DNA of 64,000 nucleotides, taken from the IMG/VR virus record IMGVR_UViG_3300031953_000004, positions 1 to 64,000 of that record; one strand, written 5' to 3'. This stretch comes from a virus (Duplodnaviria > Caudoviricetes). Below are positions 16,986 through 26,655 of this stretch, piece after piece. The notes beneath the pieces were generated by a model. The model was not told the DNA's origin. It made no database searches and saw only the letters and a program-made list of their open reading frames with translations. Position numbers and translations under genes: made by a program. The number at the start of each line of letters is the position of its first letter. The first letter of the stretch is position 1.

Positions 16986-18127
16986 TTCCGTTTGAGTCTG
17001 TCGTTGAAAGAGTCAAGGATGACACTGGAATGACCATCGCCAAAAATCAATATCCCAAGATCAGGAGACTGCTTTACAGGGCCGAACACGACCTTGGATA
17101 TGGAGGCACCGTAATTCTGAAAAGAGTTAAATATTCCTTAACAGATGGCACGATGCTCTATGATGGGAATATCTACAAATTGAAACTCCCCGATGATATT
17201 GTCCACCTTGAAAAATTGGGCAGCTGCAACGAAAACAGCATCCACCCAAGCCAATGGAGATTGCAGGGAAACTGGATGTTCTTTTGCAACGGTGTGCGCC
17301 CTGAGGAATTCACCTTATTCTACTACACGCTCCTTCACGATGGGAACGGAAACCCCGTTACCACGGAGAACCACTTTGAAGCGGTTACTTCGGGGATCGT
17401 CTACTGGATGTTCAAGCAAGGTGTCTTTACCGGAAAGAGGAACGCAAACTTGTTGATGTACTATGAAAACTATTACCACGATCGCTTAGGCGAAGCCCGT
17501 GGTTCTGACGTATTCCCATCTACCGATGAGGAATGGAAAAGGATCGCTGAGAAGCTTCGTTGGAGCTATAAGGATGCGTTGATCTATTCCGATAAGGAAC
17601 AGTGCTTCTGCGAGGTTCCTGAGAGCTTCCTTACTACCTCTATAGATGCAGGTGGAACTACCGGAGGTGGTAGTGGATATACCGATCCTGCTGTTACTGT
17701 TCCCGGTGGTGGAAGTGCCGGAACTGGAAGCGGTGGTATTGTAGAACCCGTATATGTAGCACCCGATCCGGCACCGGATCCGGACAACCAACCTCCGACC
17801 ATAGGTAATATACAAATGACGGTGCTTGGAGGAACAACTACACCTATAACCCTTGCTGCATTCACAACACTTGCTGCACCTCCTTACAACGACCCTGAGG
17901 GAGACCTCTTTGATGCGGTGCGCTTCAATTGGATCAACCCATTGAACACCGGAGCGTGGTACCTCAACTATGTACCCGTGGTCGCAAATACCGTGGTTAC
18001 AAGGGTACAACTGAACAACAACGAACTGGTACACGTAGGCGTGGCACCGGAACCGGGAAGCCCCGACAAAAACGATACTTTCTTATTCTCGGTACGGGAT
18101 GAGGTTAACCAAACTTGGGTAGACTAA
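16970..18127 (+). CDS. Tail tubular/ring protein with G/T/P linker and C-terminal cadherin/Ig-like domain
   Basis: N-terminal ring-like domain; linker GGTTGGGSG...PDPAPDPD; NQPPT...YNDPEGD...DTFLFSVRD. Confidence 0.6.
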   Translation: MFSNLVPFESVVERVKDDTGMTIAKNQYPKIRRLLYRAEHDLGYGGTVILKRVKYSLTDGTMLYDGNIYKLKLPDDIVHLEKLGSCNENSIHPSQWRLQGNWMFFCNGVRPEEFTLFYYTLLHDGNGNPVTTENHFEAVTSGIVYWMFKQGVFTGKRNANLLMYYENYYHDRLGEARGSDVFPSTDEEWKRIAEKLRWSYKDALIYSDKEQCFCEVPESFLTTSIDAGGTTGGGSGYTDPAVTVPGGGSAGTGSGGIVEPVYVAPDPAPDPDNQPPTIGNIQMTVLGGTTTPITLAAFTTLAAPPYNDPEGDLFDAVRFNWINPLNTGAWYLNYVPVVANTVVTRVQLNNNELVHVGVAPEPGSPDKNDTFLFSVRDEVNQTWVD

Positions 18128-20781
18128 TGGCTGAATTTAAGATTATACAATCCGGAGATTCCCACGCTCCTAAAGTAAGCGATAATTCAGGGAAGCTCAA
18201 CAGCACGACATTTACCTTTGTAACAGGATCCTTCGTAAAGGGATGGATCGACCCATTACAAGGCGTTCCTTTGACGGTATCTTTGAAGAAGCTGCCACTT
18301 ATATTCCAACTGAAATACAATGGCGCAGTGGCCACCTCAGCGACGACCTTTGCCGTTGCTGATTCAGCGTTGTTGCAATTTGTATTGAACCCGGAGTATG
18401 CCATCTATAATGGTGTACTGTACCAGTACCAGAAGAATATAGATACGATCATTGCGGAGAAAAGATCACAAGGCTATGAGCTCACTTCCAACATCAATGG
18501 GATATTGTTCTTTGTATTCCCTACAGACCTTCACAATATCATTATCATTCAAGGGCAATCCGTTGCCCTTGACAGGACGAACATAGAATTCACGGTATCG
18601 TCTTCCGTAGATCCTTTTCTGGAAAGCAACCAGGCCGTATTCAAGCTGATTCCTTCCGAGAACGTCAACCTGAAGGAGAATTACTTGTTCAAGGGCGATA
18701 AAGGCGATATAGGCCTTACGGGTGCTGCTGGCGCTGATGGGATTCAGGGAATCCAAGGTGTTACCGGCGGACAAGGCATACAAGGTGTTACTGGTGTTAC
18801 AGGAACAACTGGTGCTGCCGGAGCAGATGGAACTACTGTAACACTCCTTGGAGGAAAGGCTTTAGAATCAGACCTTCCTGCTACAGGAAATACCATTGGT
18901 GATGGATGGACTATTCCCGATCCGGTTGATGGTATCAACCATCTTTGGGTATGGAATGGAACGGCCTGGTTCGATGCCGGAGTGTTCCAAGGCCCGAAGG
19001 GAGATCAGGGGTTACAGGGTATTCAGGGAGTGCAAGGTATTGATGGCGTACAAGGACTTATAGGCCCAAAAGGAAACCCGGGTGCGCAAGGACTACAGGG
19101 CATTCAGGGAATACAAGGACCAGCCGGAGCAGATGGAGCTACAGCGCCTGTAACAGACCAGAAGCTGACGATAGTGGAAATCCCTATATCTGAGTTAATA
19201 TCGCTCAACAGGGCAGGTGTAACACAGTGGATGAACACCCACAACACGCCTGTTGCCGATAAGGAATTTATCGGCATCAAGCTTATCGGTGATGCTGTTA
19301 TCGATGAATATGGAGCTGTAACGGTTAACGCCAATGTAACTGCCGCAACCATCGCAGCCGCTTTAGCCTACACCCCAGCCGATGCCGCAGATGTAGTAGA
19401 ACTAAACAATTCTATTTATCGGATTGCATACGAGGACGTCCCATCAGATTATGGTTACTATCTTTCAGGGGTTGCAAATGACTATTCTAATATTTTAGCA
19501 TTATTGGATAGTGTTACTAATGGTAAGCAAGCCGTTATAAAAAGGGCAGATGGTTTTTATAGATATGTGAAACGGGTTACATTTACTGATTTTGAGCCGC
19601 AAAATACGGATGTAACTTTTCGTGTTTTTGACTGGAATCTGGAAAAACCCGCAGCCGATGGAATACGGATTACAAACCTAAGCTTTGAAACTACAGTAGA
19701 TGGGATTGAGATTTGGAGTGGGGACGGAAGTCAGGGAAGTATGGGAGCGGCTGCAAGTGGTGTAGATGTAACTATGTTTTTACACAGACGGAAATTACCA
19801 AGCTTTGCCAATGATGCAGAGGTGGAAAAGATAGCAAACAAAGCAACAAACCTATCCATAATAAACGATGTTAAATACCTTACCACAAAAGGGATTCAGG
19901 ACAATATATTATCAAGTTACTCAGGGGTAGGAACAGGGAAATCTTCCATCCTGAATATTCCAAACCCAATAGGGGGAAAAACCAGCCTTGCAGGAACAGG
20001 AAGTCCAGGGGCAATAAAAATAAAATGCCCTGTTGATACCACAATTATAGGGGGGTTTGGGATGCAAGTTCAAATCATTGGAACTGGTGGTACAGGGTTA
20101 AAAGATTCTGCACTGATTCATATAACAGGGGTTACAAATTCTGTTAATCCTGATTTCTTTTCCGCTACTATTTTGACCAGCGAGGGGAAATATGACGTAC
20201 CTATCAGGTTTGGAAATGATGGTGTTAATTTTTGTATTTGGATAGGCGAACTTAATTTTGGAACAAGTTACATTTCCGTATCTATAAGTAATTTTATTGC
20301 AGGGAGAACCCCGTTAGGTGATCTAATGACTTGGAAAGGTGCTTTTGATATTTCAAGAGTTCAAGCATTTGGGACAGTAGATCTTTTATTACAGAACAAT
20401 TTACCATTATCAGCAAATAGCAGCGCAGCAACAGACACCATTTCTTATGCAATAAGCAACATTTCTGGACAATTAACATCGGGCGATGTCTATACCACGT
20501 ATGCACTTTACAATTTTACTCTTTCTACTTTTTGGATAGGTGTGGAAGTTGCACCCGCAATAACCAATCTTATTTTTGACATCAAGAAAAACGGGGTTTC
20601 TATAACCTCAACAAAGGCACAAATACAATTCAACGAATTTACTTCATTGACAGGAATTGCCCCCGTTTTAGTTACTACGGACTTTTTAAAAGGCGATAAA
20701 ATAACTTGGAATATTTTTCAAACTGGAAGCGGAGAAACAGGACAAAATCTTCAAGCGTATTTAGAAATAATCAAAACTTAG
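18127..20781 (+). CDS. Collagen-like tail fibre / receptor-binding protein
   Basis: Two G-X-Y tracts (~18.69-19.14 kb) flanking LPATGNTIGDGW...LWVWNGTAW; AT-rich distal domain; start 18127 overlaps the upstream TAA. Confidence 0.8.
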   Translation: MAEFKIIQSGDSHAPKVSDNSGKLNSTTFTFVTGSFVKGWIDPLQGVPLTVSLKKLPLIFQLKYNGAVATSATTFAVADSALLQFVLNPEYAIYNGVLYQYQKNIDTIIAEKRSQGYELTSNINGILFFVFPTDLHNIIIIQGQSVALDRTNIEFTVSSSVDPFLESNQAVFKLIPSENVNLKENYLFKGDKGDIGLTGAAGADGIQGIQGVTGGQGIQGVTGVTGTTGAAGADGTTVTLLGGKALESDLPATGNTIGDGWTIPDPVDGINHLWVWNGTAWFDAGVFQGPKGDQGLQGIQGVQGIDGVQGLIGPKGNPGAQGLQGIQGIQGPAGADGATAPVTDQKLTIVEIPISELISLNRAGVTQWMNTHNTPVADKEFIGIKLIGDAVIDEYGAVTVNANVTAATIAAALAYTPADAADVVELNNSIYRIAYEDVPSDYGYYLSGVANDYSNILALLDSVTNGKQAVIKRADGFYRYVKRVTFTDFEPQNTDVTFRVFDWNLEKPAADGIRITNLSFETTVDGIEIWSGDGSQGSMGAAASGVDVTMFLHRRKLPSFANDAEVEKIANKATNLSIINDVKYLTTKGIQDNILSSYSGVGTGKSSILNIPNPIGGKTSLAGTGSPGAIKIKCPVDTTIIGGFGMQVQIIGTGGTGLKDSALIHITGVTNSVNPDFFSATILTSEGKYDVPIRFGNDGVNFCIWIGELNFGTSYISVSISNFIAGRTPLGDLMTWKGAFDISRVQAFGTVDLLLQNNLPLSANSSAATDTISYAISNISGQLTSGDVYTTYALYNFTLSTFWIGVEVAPAITNLIFDIKKNGVSITSTKAQIQFNEFTSLTGIAPVLVTTDFLKGDKITWNIFQTGSGETGQNLQAYLEIIKT

Positions 20782-20791
20782 AATAAAAATT

Positions 20792-21382
20792 ATGAGTGTA
20801 CCAGCAATTTGCTTTAGAATCTCGGACGGAGAAATAGTAGTTCCAAATGGAGTTTATCCAAAAGAGGATTTAACACCAATTACAGATGGTGATCCTGCTT
20901 ACCAATGGTTAATTAAAACAACACCACAACCTGAACCAGATAGAGATTCAAGAATTTTCATATTGGATAAATTCGATACGGATTTAAAAGGGATGGTAGC
21001 AAACAACCAATTGAATTTATTGGAAGACCACCCGCTTTATCCCGGAGTAAAGCAATACCAAAGAACCTATGTATTGAGGAAACGTGCAAACGAAGCTATT
21101 GAACTGGCAATCGACAATGCAGAAGCCGGGGCCAATGATGAACTAACCACCTTTAAGAACAACGAAAAACTCTTTATGTTATCAGCGGGAGTCCAGATTA
21201 AAAGGGCGAGAGGGTTGTCTATAGGTGCAGAAGAACTTGCAATTGAAGACCAGGTATTGGAATTTGAAGTTAAAATGTGGAAAAACGACAACGAGAAAAA
21301 GAACAAAAAACAACAATTAGCGGATGGCTTGACCCCTGATATCGATGCAGGATGGGAACGGGGAGCAAACCCAATCCTCTAA
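20792..21382 (+). CDS. Fibre-associated protein (possible assembly chaperone)
   Basis: Follows the fibre gene; no motif recognised. Confidence 0.5.
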   Translation: MSVPAICFRISDGEIVVPNGVYPKEDLTPITDGDPAYQWLIKTTPQPEPDRDSRIFILDKFDTDLKGMVANNQLNLLEDHPLYPGVKQYQRTYVLRKRANEAIELAIDNAEAGANDELTTFKNNEKLFMLSAGVQIKRARGLSIGAEELAIEDQVLEFEVKMWKNDNEKKNKKQQLADGLTPDIDAGWERGANPIL

Positions 21383-21437
21383 AATGGCAGAGCGCAAAAT
21401 TGACCCAAAATTTAATATCTATGAAACCTATACGACT

Positions 21438-21953
21438 ATGAACATACTGAACCCGTACAGATTTGGAGGGGGAGTAGTTGTGGCTACCATAGACCAGCCT
21501 AATTTACTGTCATTCCCGAATGAATATGAAAACTCGTATTGGACTAAAGCAGGAGCGACAATAAATTCCACGACCCAACCTTCTCCTGATGGTAACAACC
21601 AAGCAAGGACAGTGTCTTTGAACGCAAATTCCTCAGGGCTATACACCTTTATCAATACATCCTTTGATGCAGGGCAAATCCTTAGGGTATCAGTATGGGT
21701 AAAGGCCGATGTAGCTACTGATATTATAATAGGTTTTAATGGCAATGCGCAAGCAGGCAACAACAAAGGTATTGTAAAAACGGTAGGGACTTCTTGGTCT
21801 AAATTAGTGTTTGAGCATACAGCCGTACTTAATGACAGCGGGGCTTACATTACGATAGCTTCTACAAGTTGGGCGTCAAAAAATCCTACTGAAACCATAA
21901 CTTCAGGAGCGAGAACCATAAGCCTTTGGGGTGCAAGTTTTAATATAATTTAA
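21438..21953 (+). CDS. Carbohydrate-binding-like (CBM4/9-like) virion protein
   Basis: MNILNPYRFGGG start motif; NLL...W...beta-sandwich with LRVSVWVK...WSKL; alternative starts 21345/21384. Confidence 0.55.
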   Translation: MNILNPYRFGGGVVVATIDQPNLLSFPNEYENSYWTKAGATINSTTQPSPDGNNQARTVSLNANSSGLYTFINTSFDAGQILRVSVWVKADVATDIIIGFNGNAQAGNNKGIVKTVGTSWSKLVFEHTAVLNDSGAYITIASTSWASKNPTETITSGARTISLWGASFNII

Positions 21954-21954
21954 A

Positions 21955-22212
21955 ATGATAGAAACAATCAAAGACTACTTCGCCAACATTATCGAATCTG
22001 ATAAACTGCTTCATTTCTTTTACGGGTTTATCGGCTTTTGGCTATTGGCAGTGATTTTCAATATCTGGATATCCTTTGGGATTGTCCTATTGATCGCCGC
22101 CGCCAATGAATATTACTTTTGGAAATACGAGGGAGGGAAATTTTCAAAAGGAGATATCATTTTCAGCATAGTCCCTGCTATTTTATTCATCTTGCTAACA
22201 TTTTTCTTATGA
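21955..22212 (+). CDS. VanZ-like small membrane protein
   Basis: DKLLHFF motif, hydrophobic segments, EYY...FSKGDI. Confidence 0.6.
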   Translation: MIETIKDYFANIIESDKLLHFFYGFIGFWLLAVIFNIWISFGIVLLIAAANEYYFWKYEGGKFSKGDIIFSIVPAILFILLTFFL

Positions 22213-22313
22213 ACTGGTTTGACAGAGAACACCCGACCTGGGAAATATTCCTTTTGGTATTTATTCCGATGTTAACAATTATCATTGGCGCTTATTTGAT
22301 ATTCGGAGAATGA
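22209..22313 (+). CDS. 34-aa single-TM micro-protein
   Basis: MNWFDREHPTWEIFLLVFIPMLTIIIGAYLIFGE; ATGA overlaps on both sides. Confidence 0.55.
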   Translation: MNWFDREHPTWEIFLLVFIPMLTIIIGAYLIFGE

Positions 22314-22783
22314 AAACACTTATCCCCCTCTTGTTTTTATTGTCCCTGAATTTATCGGCACAACAGGTGAAATTCACGGGAACGACCAATGACCCAATAT
22401 TGAAAGAGCTGATGAAGGACTTTCACCAATCTGCCAGATATGCAAAGGTGGGAAATATCAAACAATTGGATTCGGTTCAAACAATACTTTTCGTGAAAGC
22501 AGATTTGAATATGATAGGCAGGATATCTAAAGATAGAAAGGCCATTTACTTAAACGAGGATTTGAAACAATTCAAATATTTAACACGGATAATCCTGTTC
22601 AGGCAAATCGGGAAAATATACGGGTTGAAAGACAATAAACGAAATCAAGAAATAATGGGCACGTGCTGGAAAATAGATAAAAGCAGCGAAGGACACGCCA
22701 AACATTTGGCAAAACAAGAATGGCACGACAGGCATTTCTTTGAAGCCCTTGAAAAACAAGCACCAATTAAAGTGAAATTATGA
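22310..22783 (+). CDS. Secreted protein resembling an inactive metzincin
   Basis: Signal peptide (LNLSA-QQ); ILFRQIGKIYGL...EIMG in the place of HExGHxxGL...Met-turn. Confidence 0.5.
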   Translation: MKTLIPLLFLLSLNLSAQQVKFTGTTNDPILKELMKDFHQSARYAKVGNIKQLDSVQTILFVKADLNMIGRISKDRKAIYLNEDLKQFKYLTRIILFRQIGKIYGLKDNKRNQEIMGTCWKIDKSSEGHAKHLAKQEWHDRHFFEALEKQAPIKVKL

Positions 22784-23583
22784 AAAAGTACATACTTATA
22801 ATATTGATTTTTTCGTCTTGCGCAAAAGAGCCTGTTGAAAAAGATGAGTTTTCCCAATGCCGGGAATTGGTAAAACTTGACTTATCAAAAATTGACAATG
22901 AAACAGGATTGATAGAGTTTGATATTATACCTGATATAAACAAAGGAACGGTAATCAGCCCTAAAGACAGGCTTTGGGAAAAAGGCATTATAAACTATGC
23001 TATTCAAGGAAATCGCTATGTTTTCGGAGGTGTCTTTTTAGGATTTGAATCAGATGAGGACAAAGAAAAAATACGTATAGCCTTAAAAGAATTTTCAGAA
23101 GCAACAGGAATTTTATTTAATGAATTTACTCCTGATGAACTAAAATATTCAGGGCTAGACGGAATACGAATTACAAGGGGATTTGCGAGCAGTTCTAGTT
23201 ATTTGGGTAAGCAAGGCGGGGTTCAGGGAATAAAACTAACCTCAGGGCTTGAAGCCAATGTTATCTGGCACGAATTTATGCACGCACTTGGTATTAATCA
23301 CGAATTTACCAGAAAAGATAGGGATCAGTATGTAACGGTAAATTACGAAAATATCCCTGAGAAAATGCACCGACAATTTGAAATAGACGAAAACTCCATT
23401 GACTGTGGCAGTTTTGATATTGAGAGTGTAATGATGTATGGGTCGTTTAATGTACAACAGGATTCCACTAAGATAGAAATAACCTTACTTAATGGGGAGA
23501 TTTTCAACAGGAGCAAGATATTGAGCCAAGGGGATATTCAAACCACTAAAACGCTTTATAACAACGAATTTAATAAACGATAA
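22780..23583 (+). CDS. Astacin-family (M12A) metalloprotease lipoprotein
   Basis: Lipobox FSSC; HEFMHALGINHEFTRKDRD; Met-turn SVMMY; LSQGDI tail. Confidence 0.9.
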   Translation: MKKYILIILIFSSCAKEPVEKDEFSQCRELVKLDLSKIDNETGLIEFDIIPDINKGTVISPKDRLWEKGIINYAIQGNRYVFGGVFLGFESDEDKEKIRIALKEFSEATGILFNEFTPDELKYSGLDGIRITRGFASSSSYLGKQGGVQGIKLTSGLEANVIWHEFMHALGINHEFTRKDRDQYVTVNYENIPEKMHRQFEIDENSIDCGSFDIESVMMYGSFNVQQDSTKIEITLLNGEIFNRSKILSQGDIQTTKTLYNNEFNKR

Positions 23584-23585
23584 TT

Positions 23586-24080
23586 ATGGAAAAATTACTG
23601 TTCAACATCAATTCAACTTCTTTCTTTCCAAAGTGGAGGAATGGTAAGTATTCTAAGTTTGAAATATTCTATGTTCTTATGGCTCTTGCTTGTATTCCAC
23701 TGGCAGCTGCTATTACCTATGAAGGATCTAACCACCTCGGTTATGGCCCTCTCTCTAAATGGTTAAGTATTCCGTTCCTGATCTTCTGGACTCAGTACAT
23801 CGTGTATGCTGTTATTAAAAGTAAGATTCCATTGGAAGTTGAAGATCACTTCTGGAAGACGCAGCTATGGCGATTTATGGATCCCGGATATAATTTTCAA
23901 AAATCACTGCATCCTAATCCTATATTAAAACTTAAACAATTAAGACGTAGATGGCTTTTTGAAACAGGAGTTACTGTTGATTTTACTATACATAATTCAC
24001 CTTGGATTCAAAAAGGCAGAGTAATCATACTCCTTGGATCATTTTTTATCGGAGTTTTGATAGGACTTTATATATTATGA
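23586..24080 (+). CDS. Membrane protein
   Basis: Three hydrophobic segments. Confidence 0.65.
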   Translation: MEKLLFNINSTSFFPKWRNGKYSKFEIFYVLMALACIPLAAAITYEGSNHLGYGPLSKWLSIPFLIFWTQYIVYAVIKSKIPLEVEDHFWKTQLWRFMDPGYNFQKSLHPNPILKLKQLRRRWLFETGVTVDFTIHNSPWIQKGRVIILLGSFFIGVLIGLYIL

Positions 24081-24649
24081 TCACTGACAAAGAAATACAA
24101 GCTTATTGGAACTGGTATGACTGGTATATCATCCGTTGGAATTTGGTTTCTTTCTTTGGATTTCCACTTCTACCATTTGCTTATATTTTGAAGTACAAGT
24201 TTAACGTGAAGGGGTTGTGGCTTTTAAATGATACTGTTGATGGTGATTTCGGAAGTGCGAAAGAACTAAAAAAAGCAGGAAGAACAGTTGGAAGAACATT
24301 AAGTAATTTTATTTGGTGGTGGCTTAGAAATCACAGCCGGAACTTTGTTGAAAAGTTTAAGCCTGAATGGAGCGATGGAGAGGTAGAGGACTTTAGAGTC
24401 ATTAAGAGTACGGTTTTTAAAGCAGGCACCGAAATAGAGCAACTTAAAAAAATACGATTTGTGTGGTGTACTAAAGATGGAATTCACGGACTGCATTACA
24501 TCGCTTACAGAGTTAACGGTAAAGTAGAATGTAGGTACTCCGCCGCCAATGACAAGTTTGAAAAATCAATGGGTAGTGGAGGGAATGAGTACCGATTGAG
24601 AATCAAGAACCCTTTATATATATTAAAAAAAATGTTTTTAAATCAGTAA
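24077..24649 (+). CDS. Hypothetical protein, N-terminal TM
   Basis: ORF 24002..24649; ATGA overlap at 24077. Confidence 0.6.
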   Translation: MITDKEIQAYWNWYDWYIIRWNLVSFFGFPLLPFAYILKYKFNVKGLWLLNDTVDGDFGSAKELKKAGRTVGRTLSNFIWWWLRNHSRNFVEKFKPEWSDGEVEDFRVIKSTVFKAGTEIEQLKKIRFVWCTKDGIHGLHYIAYRVNGKVECRYSAANDKFEKSMGSGGNEYRLRIKNPLYILKKMFLNQ

Positions 24650-24653
24650 GCCA

Positions 24654-25601
24654 ATGTATAAGTACATCATAGCCAACAAAGGACAGGGAACCATCAATGC
24701 GGATAACCCTATTGTAGCAGGAGACCTATTCGAGGTTGCCTCCCCTGCAGCAACATCAGCTGGTGTGGCACAAGTGCAAGCTGACTGGGCAGAAGTCAAC
24801 CCCGCCAATATCCCTTACATCAATAACAAGCCAGATATTCCTGCGGCATATGTTCATTCTTTGAAAGCTTGGATTGACAAGACCACACTATCAGGACCTG
24901 TGGTGATCAGTAATCTTACTTTTGATACTGAAGGCCATCCCACAGGATGGTCTGTACGCAGCCTTACAGCAGCCAATATAGGTGCCGCCCATGTAGATCA
25001 TGTACATACCTACGCACAGATAACGGCAAAGCCCACACTTGATAATTATAAGGGCTTTAACCTGAAGACCAGTGGCATCCAGAGGAAAGTCATTGGATCC
25101 CTTCAGGACATAGATTTTGTTCCTGGTGCAAACGTGGCCATAAGCTATGGTGCCAATGGACAGGTGATCATTGAAGCTACCGTATCGGGGACCGGAGCGG
25201 ATGGAAACAACTTCCCTAACGCCTTGTCCTTTGCAAGTGGAACGGTAACCCTTGGTCGTGCTGGATTGACAAGTTTATCAATCAACCTTGATTCGAGGTA
25301 TGCCTACAGAAAAACCGTGAAAGAGGTTACTACCGCTACCTATACCATCAACTCAACGGATCAATTGCGATGGTTGGTTTTCACAATCAACTGCCTTGTA
25401 ACCGTTCCCACAGGACTTCTAATAGACGATCTCTATGAAGGGGAAGCTGATGCAGGAGCAACCGTTACCTTTCAAGCTGCGGTAGGTGTGACCCTCAGGA
25501 ACGTTGCCTCGGTTACAAAGACTCTAAGTCCAAGCGGAGTATTCGGAATCCGTGGCAGGGCAAATAATAATTTTGTACTTTACGGTACCGACCCAGTATA
25601 A
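24654..25601 (+). CDS. Fibre/spike-like structural protein
   Basis: QVQADWAE...YINNKPDIP and HVHT fibre motifs; C-terminal YTINSTD...VTVP knob motif. Confidence 0.65.
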   Translation: MYKYIIANKGQGTINADNPIVAGDLFEVASPAATSAGVAQVQADWAEVNPANIPYINNKPDIPAAYVHSLKAWIDKTTLSGPVVISNLTFDTEGHPTGWSVRSLTAANIGAAHVDHVHTYAQITAKPTLDNYKGFNLKTSGIQRKVIGSLQDIDFVPGANVAISYGANGQVIIEATVSGTGADGNNFPNALSFASGTVTLGRAGLTSLSINLDSRYAYRKTVKEVTTATYTINSTDQLRWLVFTINCLVTVPTGLLIDDLYEGEADAGATVTFQAAVGVTLRNVASVTKTLSPSGVFGIRGRANNNFVLYGTDPV

Positions 25602-25602
25602 T

Positions 25603-26187
25603 ATGCAAGCAATAAAACAACGATATGGGTTTCCTGATACAGTTCAATTAGCCTGGCGGCCTATTGGACCTTATTGTGTTCAGGGAGCCGTTGTGGTGAT
25701 TCCAGCGCCCGTTATTGACCCCACGCCACAACCACCGGTTGCGAATTGTAGGGTTCACTTCTCAGGACTGCTGATGAGCGACCGTACTGTTACTTCAAAT
25801 CCAGAAGTATTCTACACTAAGATATATGAAGAGGATATTTATAGCGAATTCGTAGGTGCTGGTGAATACCCCGATAACGAAGTAGCTTTTCCGAAATCAA
25901 TAGACTGGACCTTTGATGGTATTGCCGTTGACTCCAATACAAGGCTTGTGATATATAGCGGAAAGAATTTTACGGGCTCAATACTATTGGATATAACTGG
26001 ACCCGCTTTGTTGTACAACAATAGATGGCAAGGTACAAATGGGTATCAGGTAGACTATGGTAACGAGAAATTAAAAAACTTTACGGAACCACTTCAAAGC
26101 ACCTATCCTCAAAGCGTGAGGTATTGGAGTAATTCAAATATGAATTTATGGAACCTGGGTTCCACAAAAATAATCTGCGGAATATGA
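25603..26187 (+). CDS. Structural protein with beta/gamma-crystallin-like segment
   Basis: GIAVDSNTRLVIYSGKNFTG resembles the Greek-key S.KV..G..V.LY...NF.G; start 25603 within ORF 25552. Confidence 0.45.
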   Translation: MQAIKQRYGFPDTVQLAWRPIGPYCVQGAVVVIPAPVIDPTPQPPVANCRVHFSGLLMSDRTVTSNPEVFYTKIYEEDIYSEFVGAGEYPDNEVAFPKSIDWTFDGIAVDSNTRLVIYSGKNFTGSILLDITGPALLYNNRWQGTNGYQVDYGNEKLKNFTEPLQSTYPQSVRYWSNSNMNLWNLGSTKIICGI

Positions 26188-26594
26188 GCAATACAGGAAA
26201 CAAAGCTTGGACCACCCTAGAGCAGTACGATGTAGCTACCGGAGTAGCGACAGGAATCGTGAAACCAAATACCATTGGAGACCCCGACTATGTGGCCCCT
26301 GTTCCAGATACGGAACTATGTCCATTGAGTTTGACAATCCTAGAGGTTTCTCCTAGGAATTATTATGCTCCTTTCCCATCGTTCTATTTTGATATTTCTA
26401 TTATTAGCAATAGTAGTTGGGTTCTTAATATTTCTTTCTCATGGATTACTGCAGATATAATGTCAGGTACCGGTAATGCAACAGTAAGGTTGACCGCCTC
26501 TAAAAATGATTCAGGAAGAACAAGGAGCAGGACTGTAAAAGTAAGAAGTGGAACAATAGATAGGTTCTGTTCTATATCTCAGGAATCACAATAA
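26184..26594 (+). CDS. BACON-domain protein
   Basis: ISIISNSSWVLN..SWIT....SGTGNATVRLTASKNDSGRTRSRTV. Confidence 0.8.
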   Translation: MSNTGNKAWTTLEQYDVATGVATGIVKPNTIGDPDYVAPVPDTELCPLSLTILEVSPRNYYAPFPSFYFDISIISNSSWVLNISFSWITADIMSGTGNATVRLTASKNDSGRTRSRTVKVRSGTIDRFCSISQESQ

Positions 26595-26655
26595 ACATTA
26601 CATATGGATAATCCAGAACCCCGTTAATAAATAAATTAAGAATCATATCCCCCCT

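Noticed and set aside
18690-19140. Nucleotide periodicity in the fibre gene
   Set aside because: Explained by collagen G-X-Y coding
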